DNA of 64,000 nucleotides, taken from the NCBI GenBank assembly GCA_965216785.1, contig OZ244197.1, positions 1,984,001 to 2,048,000 of the forward strand, read 5' to 3'. The position numbers and the translations under genes were made by a program. This document shows, piece by piece, positions 11,054-20,902 of the stretch (positions are counted from its first letter, which is position 1; the number at the start of each line of letters is the position of its first letter). Below the pieces are notes generated by a model. It saw nothing but the letters and a program-made list of their open reading frames with translations. It had not been told where the DNA came from and ran no database searches. The stretch is from Thermodesulfobacteriota bacterium. Lineage in GTDB: Bacteria; Desulfobacterota_D; UBA1144; Nemesobacterales; UBA2774.

Positions 11054-12601
11054 ATGGCAACAATAAGCACAATAAAGAAAAATCACTATCAGGACTCGAT
11101 GAAGCTGATGCAGATCAGCCAGAAGCTGCGCGCGCTGGAAGGCATTAAGGACGCGGCTGCTATTATGGCCACGGAAGCAAACCTCGCAATGCTTAAAGAG
11201 GCCGGATTGATAAAAGAGATTCCCGCCGCGGCAAGCGCAAACGATCTGATCGTAGCTGTAGAAGCCGTATCCGCTGATAAAGGCAACGAGGCGATAGAGA
11301 GCCTTGATTCCCTACTCCTCCCGGCTGATCTTACGGCTGCTTCCGAGGTCTCTTATAAAAGTATTGAGACCGCGGCACAAGCACTGCCGGGGGCGAATAT
11401 CGCAGTAGTTTCAGTGCCCGGAGAGTACGCGAAGATAGAAGTCGCAAAGGCGATTGAAAAGGGAATGCATACGTTTTTATTCAGTGACAATATATCGATA
11501 GACGAAGAAATCGAGCTTAAGGAAAGAGCCCGGGATAAGGGGCTATTGGTCATGGGTCCCGGGTGCGGGACGGCCATAATAAACGGCATAGGGCTTGGGT
11601 TTGCGAATGTGCTCAACAAAGGGACTATCGGCGTTATCGCAGCCGCGGGAACAGGGATGCAGGAGGTCACCAGCCTTATAGACAACCTTGGCTCGGGCAT
11701 AACGCACGCAATCGGCGTAGGTGGCAGGGATTTATCAGAAGACGTGGGCGGCATTACCACGCTCCAGGCGATAGGGATGCTCCATAATGATAGCGATACA
11801 CAAGTACTCCTTTTAGTTTCTAAGCCTCCTTCTGACAGTGTTGCCGCAAAGGTGCTCGAGGCTGTGAGGGAAACCGGTAAACCCGCCGTAATATGTTTTT
11901 TGGGCTCTGATCTCACAAGCGATGACAGGGATATCTATTTTGCTCCCACTTTGGACGAGGCCGCCGAGCGCGCCGTGCAGTTAAGCAGAAAAAGCAAAAG
12001 TAAACCTAAAATTAATTCAGCCAAGAACTGGAAAAAACTCCTGCGGGAATCTATTAAATCCCTGAGTCCGGGACAAAAATACCTGAGGGGACTTTATTCC
12101 GGAGGAACGCTCTGCTATGAAGCGCAGCAGGTGCTCGGCCCTATTGTCGGAAACATATACTCAAACGCCCCGCTCAATAAGGATTTTAAGCTAAAGGACT
12201 CGAACAAAAGCGAGCGCAACTCATGCATTGATCTTGGGGAAGAGGAGTTTACCGTAGGGCGGCCCCACCCGATGATCGACGCGACACTTAGAGGCGAGAG
12301 GCTTTTGAGTGAGGCGTCAAAAGCGAATGTGGGCGTAATACTTTTTGACATAGTTTTGGGACACGTGGCAAGCCCCGATCCGGCGGGCGATCTCTTGCCC
12401 GCGATCGTAGAGGCCAAAAAACGCGCGAAAAAGAAGGGACGGAACCTGGTATTCATATCCCACGTGTGCGGAACGGAGAACGACCCGCAGGTTTTAGAGG
12501 AGCAGGAGGAAAAACTGAGGAGCGAGGGTGTTCTGGTTTTTCCGACAAATGCGCTTGCGTCAAAGGCTTCGGGGCTTATTACTAGCAGAGGTGAAGTATA
12601 A
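11054..12601 (+). CDS. fdrA: FdrA (AllF)-like acyl-CoA synthetase-fold protein
   Basis: YQDSMKLM, SVPGEYA, LFSDNI, MGPGCGT, GLYSGGTLC and GRPHPMID motifs. Confidence 0.88.
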   Translation: MATISTIKKNHYQDSMKLMQISQKLRALEGIKDAAAIMATEANLAMLKEAGLIKEIPAAASANDLIVAVEAVSADKGNEAIESLDSLLLPADLTAASEVSYKSIETAAQALPGANIAVVSVPGEYAKIEVAKAIEKGMHTFLFSDNISIDEEIELKERARDKGLLVMGPGCGTAIINGIGLGFANVLNKGTIGVIAAAGTGMQEVTSLIDNLGSGITHAIGVGGRDLSEDVGGITTLQAIGMLHNDSDTQVLLLVSKPPSDSVAAKVLEAVRETGKPAVICFLGSDLTSDDRDIYFAPTLDEAAERAVQLSRKSKSKPKINSAKNWKKLLRESIKSLSPGQKYLRGLYSGGTLCYEAQQVLGPIVGNIYSNAPLNKDFKLKDSNKSERNSCIDLGEEEFTVGRPHPMIDATLRGERLLSEASKANVGVILFDIVLGHVASPDPAGDLLPAIVEAKKRAKKKGRNLVFISHVCGTENDPQVLEEQEEKLRSEGVLVFPTNALASKASGLITSRGEV

Positions 12602-12602
12602 A

Positions 12603-13559
12603 ATGGCTGATAAACTAAAATCCGCAGTAGTGGCATTCGGCGGGAACGCTCTTATGGGTGAGGATGGAAACAGCACCTACAAAGAGCAGATGATTAAGAC
12701 AGACATAATGTGCAATAAGCTCCTTACACTCTTTAACATGGGATACAGGATACTTATTACGCACGGGAACGGCCCGCAGGTAGGAAACTTCCTTATGCAG
12801 CAAGAGTGTCTGGCGGAGAACGTGCCCCCGATGCCCCTTGACGCGTGTAACGCGATGACCCAGGGGCAAATCGGCTACATGATCGAGCAGAGACTTCGAA
12901 ATACTTTTACTGAGAACAATATTCATAAACCCATAATCGTATTCATCACGCAGGTAGTCGTCGCTGAAAATGACCCTGCGTTTAATAAACCCACAAAGTT
13001 TATAGGGCCTTTCTTTAATAAAGAGCAGAGCGATAAGCTGAGCAGAGACGAGGGATGGCTGATGAGAGAAGACTCCGGCAGGGGTTTCAGGCGTATAGTG
13101 GCCTCTCCGAAACCCATAGATATTATTGAGAAAGAAGAGATAGCAGACATGTCGGAAAGGGATTTTGTCGTCATCGCGTGCGGCGGGGGAGGGATCCCGG
13201 TGCTAAGGGATGAGAAAAATCTGCTCAGAGGCGTACCCGCAGTTATAGATAAAGACTTTGCTGCGGAGAGGATAGGGAGCTATATCGGCGCGGAGCTTTT
13301 ACTGTTAATCACACCGGTGGATCGGGTGGCAATTAATTTCGGTAAACCCGAGCAAGAGTTTATTTCAGAGATGACGCTCCAGGAGGCACAGCAGTATTTG
13401 AAGGAGGGGCATTTCCCGCCGGGCAGCATGGGACCTAAGATGCAGGCCGCGATTGAGTTTTTGCAGGCGGGAGGGAAGAAAGCAATTATCACATCGCTTG
13501 ATTGTATAGAATCGGCGATTAAAGGAGAGGGCGGAACTCAAATAATAAATAGTCACTAA
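12603..13559 (+). CDS. arcC: Carbamate kinase
   Basis: AFGGNAL, THGNGPQVG, PTKFIGPF, CGGGGIPV, AVIDKD, GSMGPK; ATG 12603 chosen over the upstream GTG. Confidence 0.95.
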   Translation: MADKLKSAVVAFGGNALMGEDGNSTYKEQMIKTDIMCNKLLTLFNMGYRILITHGNGPQVGNFLMQQECLAENVPPMPLDACNAMTQGQIGYMIEQRLRNTFTENNIHKPIIVFITQVVVAENDPAFNKPTKFIGPFFNKEQSDKLSRDEGWLMREDSGRGFRRIVASPKPIDIIEKEEIADMSERDFVVIACGGGGIPVLRDEKNLLRGVPAVIDKDFAAERIGSYIGAELLLLITPVDRVAINFGKPEQEFISEMTLQEAQQYLKEGHFPPGSMGPKMQAAIEFLQAGGKKAIITSLDCIESAIKGEGGTQIINSH

Positions 13560-13746
13560 AATTTTGAGCCGCGCTATGATGAGAAGATGTTGAATTCGGA
13601 TCACATTTATTTTAAGATGGGGATGGTGGGTTTTGCATTTAATACTGACATTGAAAATTGGTATGTAGATTAATAAACACGGCAAAAAACGGGCTCCTTG
13701 ATCAGACAGAGGGGTACCAATAAACTAACCTTAGGAGGTGCGTATC

Positions 13747-14238
13747 ATGGCAGTAGACAGAGTAAAGGCCGATAGGCCCGAAAATGGTAAAGCTTTAGTG
13801 AATTACGAGGAGAAACTTTTCCCGGATCATCAGGCGAATGAGGGCGAAAAAGCTCTATTCCTCGTCCACTCGGTCCCTTATGAAGGATCGGTGGCAGGTA
13901 TCAACATGCTTACGGCTATCAGAACCAAGAGGAAAGGCTATGATACCAAGGTGCTTTTCTACGGTCCTGCATCTGCCATACCTGCGTACAGGGGATGGCC
14001 TAACGTAGGAGACGACGGTTACGGCGCGGGCATTCAGCTTTACCCTAACCTCGTTAACAGAATGCTGGAGGAAGGTATTACGGTTTACGCATGCCGTTTT
14101 TCAGCTGCGGCGCTTCTGGGTATGAATGAGTCTAACTTCATCGAGGGCGTAATACCGATTCATCCTACGGATATTCTGGATATAGTGATTGAGCATCACA
14201 GGGCTGGAGCCATGATGTTTAATACATGGACGATGTAA
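13747..14238 (+). CDS. MSMEG_0572/Sll0783 (NitB-like, DsrE-fold) nitrogen starvation protein
   Basis: HSVPYEGS, RKGY, YGP, RGWP.VGD, VYACRF, C-terminal NTWT; AGGAGG RBS. Confidence 0.88.
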   Translation: MAVDRVKADRPENGKALVNYEEKLFPDHQANEGEKALFLVHSVPYEGSVAGINMLTAIRTKRKGYDTKVLFYGPASAIPAYRGWPNVGDDGYGAGIQLYPNLVNRMLEEGITVYACRFSAAALLGMNESNFIEGVIPIHPTDILDIVIEHHRAGAMMFNTWTM

Positions 14239-14287
14239 TTTAGTAACGCTATTTAGCTATTTTGTATTGAAGTCAGGAGCATTGTTT

Positions 14288-14312
14288 GCCGGTCCGGCGT
14301 TAGCGGGCCGGC
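14288..14312 (+). other. GC-rich hairpin between the nitB-like and radical SAM genes (mRNA stabiliser or partial terminator)
   Basis: GCCGGTCCG / CGGGCCGGC stem with no U-tract. Confidence 0.45.
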
Positions 14313-14352
14313 GCGAGGTTCTTTACCTAAATAATTTTACAGGGGGCACAAG

Positions 14353-15489
14353 ATGGACTCGACTACCCTTAAAGTAGAGTTGCAAAGTCTGGGCCTTAGG
14401 CTTCCGGATACGAAAGGTATAAGGAGCGGAGGGGCGGGACCAACAGGGGGGATACATCTGAAAATCCTTCCCGACGGCGAGGCGAATATCCCTGTTGTAG
14501 GGGATTTTGTTAAATCCTCACCTTATTACCTGGACGAGATAAACGGAGAATACTGGATATTTAAGGACGACGTGGCCATGGCTCAGGTGGAGCCTATGGG
14601 AAGCGCGAAGTTCGCGGAGCACGAGACTTCGGTCGGAGTATCGATGCAGAAAGTCGGTATTCTCCACTGTCCTACAACATTTGCAACTACGCTTCTTCAG
14701 ACCTGCGATTTCTGGCGGGACGAGAGGAGGTGTCAGTTCTGCGGCATCGAGCTTACGCTTAAAGACCGCAGCACTGTAGGGTTTAAAAACGCTAAGAGTC
14801 TGGTCGAGACCATTCAGCTCGCAAAGGAGCTTGACGGCATTTCAAATATAGTCTTTACCTCGGGCGTCGCGCCCGATGAGGAAAAGGCATTGGCTAAATA
14901 CGCTGAAATTTGCTCTCAGGTAAAGAAGGAAACTGGTCTCCCCATACAACTGCAGATAATCCCCCCTGAAGACTTCTCATGGTTTCAGAGATTAAAAGAC
15001 TCTGGTGTCGATGCTCTGGGAATTCACATCGAGACCTTTGACCCCGAGGTGTTTGAGCGCGTAACGCCCGGGAAAGCGAAGATCGGCTTTAATAGATATG
15101 TTGAATCATGGAAAGAGGCCGTGAGAGTTTTCGGGAGGTGGCAGGTAAGCACTTACGTGCTGGTAGGAATGGGCGAAGAGCTGCAAACAGTAGTGGACGG
15201 CACGAAGATGTGCGCTGAGATCGGGGTATACCCCTTTATAGTGCCGTTCAGACCTGTCGCGGGAACGCCTATGGAGAATGTGAAACCGCCGAGTCCCGAG
15301 ACCATGGAGTATGTGTACAGGGAAGCCGCGAAGATAATGTCCGAGTATGAAGACCCGGCCAAGAGCAGTATGGCTGGGTGCGTGAGCTGCGGGGAATGCT
15401 CGGCGCTTCCGGATTTTGAGGAAGCGGCCCGGCGGGAGAATGTAAAGTTCAAGAAGTTGATTAAGCCCATTAAGATTAAGGTGAGTTAA
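14353..15489 (+). CDS. Radical SAM protein, MSMEG_0568/NitD family
   Basis: GGAGP N-terminal motif, TTLLQTC-x8-CQFC cluster motif, GQVSTY-like WQVSTY, GVYPFIVPFRP, C-terminal AGCVSCGECS. Confidence 0.9.
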   Translation: MDSTTLKVELQSLGLRLPDTKGIRSGGAGPTGGIHLKILPDGEANIPVVGDFVKSSPYYLDEINGEYWIFKDDVAMAQVEPMGSAKFAEHETSVGVSMQKVGILHCPTTFATTLLQTCDFWRDERRCQFCGIELTLKDRSTVGFKNAKSLVETIQLAKELDGISNIVFTSGVAPDEEKALAKYAEICSQVKKETGLPIQLQIIPPEDFSWFQRLKDSGVDALGIHIETFDPEVFERVTPGKAKIGFNRYVESWKEAVRVFGRWQVSTYVLVGMGEELQTVVDGTKMCAEIGVYPFIVPFRPVAGTPMENVKPPSPETMEYVYREAAKIMSEYEDPAKSSMAGCVSCGECSALPDFEEAARRENVKFKKLIKPIKIKVS

Positions 15490-15517
15490 CTCGATAACAT
15501 ATAAAAGGTGGTTTTAA

Positions 15518-16861
15518 ATGGCTCAGGAAAATCTACGAATTATTGTTATAGGCGGAGGCGCGGGCGGAATATCGGCGGCGTCTACTTCAAAGGGGCTTTT
15601 ACCCGACGCCTCTATTACACTCTTTACCGAGTTTGAGGACGTAGCGTACAGCCCGTGCGGCATACCGTTTGTGCTGGGGAAGGAGATTCCGAATTTCGAT
15701 AACCTTTTCCTTCAGACCGCGGAGCATTACGCGAAGATCGGTATTGACCTCAGGTTAAAGACCAAGGTTACCGGGATCGATCTTCAGGAGCGTACAGTGA
15801 GCGTAGGCTCTGAGGCGTTTGAATGGGACCGGCTGGTGATTGCCACGGGGTTTGAGTACGACGAGCCCGACATCCCCGGGATCGATCTTGACAATATTTG
15901 GTACGTAAAGAACATCAGGCGCGCGATGGAATACGATAAAGAGCTTGAGACCATGAAAAAAGCCGTAGTCGTGTGCGCTACCCCGCTTGGAATAGAGATG
16001 GCGGGGAACCTAGCTCACAGGGGGCTTGAAACTCACCTGATAGACGAAGGCGCATGGCTTATGTCCGAGGTCGCGGACCCGGACATTATGGAGCCCGTAA
16101 AAGAATCGCTTGAGGAGATGGGCGCGCAAATGCACTTCGGCACAAAGGCGCTCGAGTTTAAAGGTGCGAATGGAAAAGTGTCGAGCGTTGTCACCTCGGA
16201 AGGCGAGATAGAGTGCGACGTTGTCGTCATAGCGGCCCATAAAAAGCCCAATAACCACCTCTCGGAAGCTGCCGGGATAGAGCTCGGCGCGACGGGGGGC
16301 ATAGTGGTGGACGATCATATGAAAACTTCTGTAGATAATGTTTTCGCGGCGGGAGACTGCACGGAGATTGTCCACGGCGTGACGGACATACCGATTCAGG
16401 GCCTTTCCGGAAGCCACGCTTATTCTCAGGGAAGAATCGCGGGAGCGAACGCCGCGGGAGACGACCGCGCGTATGACCCGGTATTCATACCCTGGGGGAT
16501 GGTCGGAGGGCAGGTGCAGATCGGGGGCGTATCTCTAGGGGAGACGCTTCACAAAGCGCTTGGCATTCCTCACGTCGTCGCTTATTCGATGGGTATCTCG
16601 AGAGCCAGGTACTACCCGGGTGTGACGAGGATACGCGTAAAGCTCATAGCTGACCCGTCTACAAAGAGAGTGCTTGGGGCTCAGATGGCGGGGGGCGAAG
16701 GTATAAAGGAGCGCGCGGACTTTTTGGCGTTTGTGATTAAGAGGGGGGTAACGCTGGACGAGCTTGCGTGGATGGAGAATGTGTACTCTCCCCCAATCGG
16801 AGCGCTGATGGAGCCTATCGCGCTTGCTGCGCAGGCGGGTCTGAGAGAGCTTTCCAAGTAG
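15518..16861 (+). CDS. FAD-dependent oxidoreductase, CoA-disulfide reductase / NADH peroxidase family
   Basis: IGGGAGG FAD site, YSPCGIP redox Cys, ATG, FAAGDC, YSPP C-terminal motif. Confidence 0.88.
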   Translation: MAQENLRIIVIGGGAGGISAASTSKGLLPDASITLFTEFEDVAYSPCGIPFVLGKEIPNFDNLFLQTAEHYAKIGIDLRLKTKVTGIDLQERTVSVGSEAFEWDRLVIATGFEYDEPDIPGIDLDNIWYVKNIRRAMEYDKELETMKKAVVVCATPLGIEMAGNLAHRGLETHLIDEGAWLMSEVADPDIMEPVKESLEEMGAQMHFGTKALEFKGANGKVSSVVTSEGEIECDVVVIAAHKKPNNHLSEAAGIELGATGGIVVDDHMKTSVDNVFAAGDCTEIVHGVTDIPIQGLSGSHAYSQGRIAGANAAGDDRAYDPVFIPWGMVGGQVQIGGVSLGETLHKALGIPHVVAYSMGISRARYYPGVTRIRVKLIADPSTKRVLGAQMAGGEGIKERADFLAFVIKRGVTLDELAWMENVYSPPIGALMEPIALAAQAGLRELSK

Positions 16862-16927
16862 GAGGCGAGGAAACAGCAAGGGTAATATGAGAGAGCAAAA
16901 GTATGAATTAATTTAGGAGATGAAATA

Positions 16928-17176
16928 ATGGCATTTGGACACTGGCTTAGAAAAAACGCGGAAAAACACCTTCAGGAAGCGGCTGCTGACGACTTGATAT
17001 CCCGCTACCCGGAAGCCTGTGAGAAGCCCTACAGGGAAAAGGGTTTGGACCACTTTTTCTGGCGGAGTATATTCGTGCCGGTGTATCTTGCGATACCTTG
17101 GAGTATTCGCAAAAAAATTATTTTAGCCACGTCTTACCCCGGAGGTAAGCGGCCTCATTGGAAGAAATATGATTGA
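16928..17176 (+). CDS. Small hypothetical protein (82 aa) within the cluster
   Basis: AGGAG RBS, co-oriented, no recognisable family. Confidence 0.7.
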   Translation: MAFGHWLRKNAEKHLQEAAADDLISRYPEACEKPYREKGLDHFFWRSIFVPVYLAIPWSIRKKIILATSYPGGKRPHWKKYD

Positions 17177-17245
17177 AATAAATATTTCATAGCCTGAGGC
17201 CAATAATAGTAAATAAAGCAATATTGCGAGAATCTTTACTCTCAA

Positions 17246-18250
17246 ATGAATACCCAACCAAAAATAAAACCCATCGATTTCAGGGCTCTGACAATAGGGA
17301 ATAAGGTCCTAAACATAATAGAGGATTCGGGGAATACTCTTTACGTACAGGGGGTTTTCGATCACGCGTTTTATCTGCGTGCCCGCTCGGGCGGTCTTGT
17401 TAAGATAGTTCGGGACAAAGATTTTTTGAGCCCCGCTTCCATACTTGTGAGCGGGGATAAAGAAATGGGCTTCGGCTCATCAGGGATAAGCGCGGAAACT
17501 GAATTTGTATACGAGGACGGCTCTCTAATTAGCCCTGACGGCGCCTATACTATTGAGCTTGAAAACGCCGGGGTATTCACATCTCCCGAGGTTCCCGCCC
17601 CGGAGCACCTGTCGAGCCTAGAGGAGATTAACCTTAATCTGAGGGTGCTTAAGGACACTATATATACAGCCCCATCGAGGGAGGGGCTCGTGCCGCTACT
17701 TGAAAAAGTGGAGAAGCTCGGGCCATTGGAGGTGTATACGAAGGAGCAAAAACCCTCTATGTCCGAGAAGGCAAGACCCTTTATAGACGGGCTGATGTGG
17801 GGTGTGTTCGGAGGAGATGTTCTTTCGATCAAAGATAGCGCCAGTGAATTGTTGGGACTGGGACCGGGGCTTACGCCTTCCTGTGACGACTTTCTTGCGG
17901 GGCTTTTGCTCAGCATAAATACCGCGGGGGCTTCTATATTTAAGAGCGAGCCTGAAACAATTGGGTTCTTCGCAAAAGTTTCAGAGCTGATATCGACGCT
18001 TGCGAAAGAGAAAACCACTGTTTACAGCCAAAGCTTATTAAATGAAGCGGCTTTGGGGGAAGGCCCCCAGAACGCGCTTGATTTAATAATCTCTTTAGTA
18101 ACAAAGGGCTCTGAGGGGATAACGGAGCCCGCGAAAAAGTTAATCTCTGTGGGAGAGACCTCCGGGGCCGATATAGCTATTGGCATTTATTACGGCGTCA
18201 GGTTTTTGACTTCGAGAATAGAGATGAAGGAGCTGCTCGAATTTGAATAA
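17246..18250 (+). CDS. DUF2877 / YlbF (AllH)-like protein
   Basis: LLGLGPGLTPSCDDFLAG and GETSGADI motifs; co-located with fdrA/ylbE. Confidence 0.85.
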   Translation: MNTQPKIKPIDFRALTIGNKVLNIIEDSGNTLYVQGVFDHAFYLRARSGGLVKIVRDKDFLSPASILVSGDKEMGFGSSGISAETEFVYEDGSLISPDGAYTIELENAGVFTSPEVPAPEHLSSLEEINLNLRVLKDTIYTAPSREGLVPLLEKVEKLGPLEVYTKEQKPSMSEKARPFIDGLMWGVFGGDVLSIKDSASELLGLGPGLTPSCDDFLAGLLLSINTAGASIFKSEPETIGFFAKVSELISTLAKEKTTVYSQSLLNEAALGEGPQNALDLIISLVTKGSEGITEPAKKLISVGETSGADIAIGIYYGVRFLTSRIEMKELLEFE

Positions 18251-19436
18251 GATTGCGCTACTGACATATTCGACGAAGCCCAGGGGCGGAGTTGCCCATA
18301 CGCTCTCCCTTGCCGAGAGCCTGCAGAAGCTCGGGCGGGAAGTACACGTTTACGCGCTCGCCACGGGAAAGGATTTTTTCCGCCTGGTGAACGTGCCTTA
18401 CACCCTAATCCCGTGCCCGGATGTAGATTACAGCAGCATGGACGAGAAGGTGAAGAGCTACATAGATATCTACACGCGGTTCCTTGGTGAAGCCGCGGAC
18501 GAATATGAGCTTTTTCACGCCGAGGACTGTATATCGGCGAACGCTCTCTTTCATTTGCGTGAAAAGGGACTCATAGAACACTATGTTAGAACAGTGCACC
18601 ATATAGACGATTTTACCTCTGAGCCGCTGATAGATTGTCAGCTAAAAAGCATAGTGGAGCCTGATTATGTGGTGTCGGTAAGCAAGCTCTGGGAAAGGGA
18701 GCTAAGGGAGAAATATTCCATCGAGTCAGTGGTCATTAATAACGGAGTTTCCGTAGGGAATTTCACGCGATTGGATACCGCTTCTATCAAAGCGGCTAAA
18801 AAGAGCTTTAATGTAGAGGAGGCAAAGGTAATCCTTAGTATCGGGGGGATCGAGCCGCGCAAAAATACTTTAACGATTCTAAAAGCATTTCAGGCATCGA
18901 AATCAGAGCTTGAGAAAGCGGGCGAAAAGTTGGTATGGCTGATAGGAGGGGGAGAGACGCTCTTTGATTACAGGGATTACAGAGAACAGTTTTTCTCACA
19001 AGTAAATGAGCTTGGCTTAGAGCTTGGAAAAGACATCATTGTCCTCGGAAGCGTACCCGAGGAAAAGATGCGAGACCTCTACAGTTCGGCTGACGTTTTC
19101 GTTTTCCCATCCATTAAAGAAGGCTGGGGGCTCGTAGTGCTGGAGGCTATGGCTTCGGGGGTTCCGGTCATCGCCTCGAATATCGAGCCAATGACGGAGT
19201 ATCTGAAAGACGGGGAAAACGCTGCGCTCATATCTCCCATGGACTCAGGGTCACTCGCTCTTGGAATTACCAGCATAATTGGAAACGAAAAACTTAGATT
19301 AAAACTCATAGAAAACGGGGCTAAAACCGCGGCTATGTATAGCTGGGAATCAGCGGCGCGAAAGCACGCGGTGTTTTACGACGAGATATTAAAAAGCGGG
19401 AGTAGAGCGGAGAAGAGAGCGGTGGGACATGATTGA
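18243..19436 (+). CDS. GT4 glycosyltransferase, MSMEG_0565 family
   Basis: TYSTKPRGGVAHTL, HAEDCISANAL, RTVHHIDDF, GGIEPRKNT, EGWGLVVLEAMASG. Confidence 0.92.
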   Translation: MNKIALLTYSTKPRGGVAHTLSLAESLQKLGREVHVYALATGKDFFRLVNVPYTLIPCPDVDYSSMDEKVKSYIDIYTRFLGEAADEYELFHAEDCISANALFHLREKGLIEHYVRTVHHIDDFTSEPLIDCQLKSIVEPDYVVSVSKLWERELREKYSIESVVINNGVSVGNFTRLDTASIKAAKKSFNVEEAKVILSIGGIEPRKNTLTILKAFQASKSELEKAGEKLVWLIGGGETLFDYRDYREQFFSQVNELGLELGKDIIVLGSVPEEKMRDLYSSADVFVFPSIKEGWGLVVLEAMASGVPVIASNIEPMTEYLKDGENAALISPMDSGSLALGITSIIGNEKLRLKLIENGAKTAAMYSWESAARKHAVFYDEILKSGSRAEKRAVGHD

Positions 19437-19818
19437 GGCAAAAGCTGTATGGAAAAAGAACTATCAGGTGAGGGTCGAGGCAAGACAGTTCACGGTGGAT
19501 ACGGACGAGCCGCCCGAGTACCGGGGCGAGGATACCGGGATGATGCCGACCGAGATGTTTATCGCATCGCTCGCGTCTTGTTTCTGCATGTCTCTTGTGT
19601 TTGTGGCTAAAAAAAACAGGATCGTCCTAAAAGATATGCAGGTTGAGGTAGGAGCGGAGGCGGACACTCAGAATTTTAGGTACTCAAAATTGATTGTAAA
19701 AGTTAGCAGCACTCTGCCGGATGATCAGGTGGAGGGTTTGATCGGGCAGGCCAAGAAATACTGTTATGTAAGCAATACGATCTCTGAGACTTGCCCCATT
19801 GAGTATGAGATCGCATGA
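19429..19818 (+). CDS. OsmC/Ohr-like protein
   Basis: DEP...GEDTGMMPTE...ASLASC and KYCYVSNT. Confidence 0.88.
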   Translation: MIEAKAVWKKNYQVRVEARQFTVDTDEPPEYRGEDTGMMPTEMFIASLASCFCMSLVFVAKKNRIVLKDMQVEVGAEADTQNFRYSKLIVKVSSTLPDDQVEGLIGQAKKYCYVSNTISETCPIEYEIA

Positions 19819-19846
19819 ATATCCTAGGACTTAAAGGGAGAGAATT

Positions 19847-20302
19847 GTGGCGCTAAGATACACGATAAAAGATAACTACTTTCAGGACGCGCTGAGGCTG
19901 ATGCGCATTTCAAAAAGCTTCAGAGATAAAGAGGGCGTGAAAAAGGCCGTAACCGTAATGGCTACCGACAAGGCGAAGTTCGCGCTCAAGGACGCGGGGC
20001 TGATTAATGATGAGATAAGTAAAGCAAAAGGGAGCGACCTGGTGCTGGCGGTCGAGGCTGATAACGAGCAGATCGCTTGTCAGGTGTTAAAAGAGATGGA
20101 ACAGACCGTGTCTGCCGGGGAGTCCGTCGGCGCGGGCGGGGGAGAAGACGTCCTGAATCAGGAGCTTCGGGTGATTAACGTCGGGCTCGATATATTCAAG
20201 GACGCGCTGGCAAGTCAGGGAGTAAAAACAGTGCAGGTGGATTGGGAAGTCCCAGCTAAGGGCGATGAGAAGATAATAGGCATACTCAAAAAAATGTACT
20301 GA
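19847..20302 (+). CDS. FdrA-related small protein (FdrA N-terminal domain plus FdrA C-terminal tail module)
   Basis: N-terminus parallels 11054 FdrA (YFQDALRLMRIS...MATD...DLVLAVEA); C-terminus VINVGL..F...L..QG...VQVDW..PA.GD. Confidence 0.75.
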   Translation: MALRYTIKDNYFQDALRLMRISKSFRDKEGVKKAVTVMATDKAKFALKDAGLINDEISKAKGSDLVLAVEADNEQIACQVLKEMEQTVSAGESVGAGGGEDVLNQELRVINVGLDIFKDALASQGVKTVQVDWEVPAKGDEKIIGILKKMY

Positions 20303-20335
20303 GGATTATTATGAGATTAAGCGAGGGGATTTAGA

Positions 20336-20902
20336 GTGAGCATACGAAACCCACAAGAATTAAAAGAAGTTTTATCAGACCCCGCGAGGCTTGCCAGGGC
20401 GTTCTCGAGACATACGTATGGAATGAATGCCTGGGTGGATTTGTTCACCGAGAAGCTAAAGAGCGTTACTGATTCGGACATAAGAAGGGTAATGGAGCAA
20501 GTGGTTGCCGATAACAAAAAGCACTCACAGCTATTCTCGACCCGTGCAAGAGAGCTTGGAGAGACTCCCGAAACATATAAACCCCCTGAGATAGGGCAGA
20601 GGATATACGACATACTGGAGACTTATGACAGCGTGTTTGACGATTTCGCCTATGCCTGGGGATCGTTGATACACTTCTCATCTCTGCTCAGCTTATATCA
20701 CAGTGTCGCGGACCCGGAGAGTAAAGCGGTAATAGAGCAGGTAGAGGACGACGTCATAAGACACCTTAGTTATCTGGAGGATTACTTCTCGGCAAACGCC
20801 GACACGCCTGAGAAAAAAGAGCGCGCCCGGGAAATAGTGGAAGTTGCCGATAACATTTACGCAGATAGAGAAGAAGAGGAGATAAAATGGTATGCCTCGT
20901 AG
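20336..20902 (+). CDS. Ferritin-like four-helix protein
   Basis: Two helical repeats ending D..KH and EDD..RH. Confidence 0.6.
   Translation: MSIRNPQELKEVLSDPARLARAFSRHTYGMNAWVDLFTEKLKSVTDSDIRRVMEQVVADNKKHSQLFSTRARELGETPETYKPPEIGQRIYDILETYDSVFDDFAYAWGSLIHFSSLLSLYHSVADPESKAVIEQVEDDVIRHLSYLEDYFSANADTPEKKERAREIVEVADNIYADREEEEIKWYAS

Noticed and set aside
13679-13696. Sigma54 promoter upstream of the nitB-like gene
   Set aside because: GG-N10-GC spacing is present but the -12 element is GGGC rather than TTGC; too weak to call.
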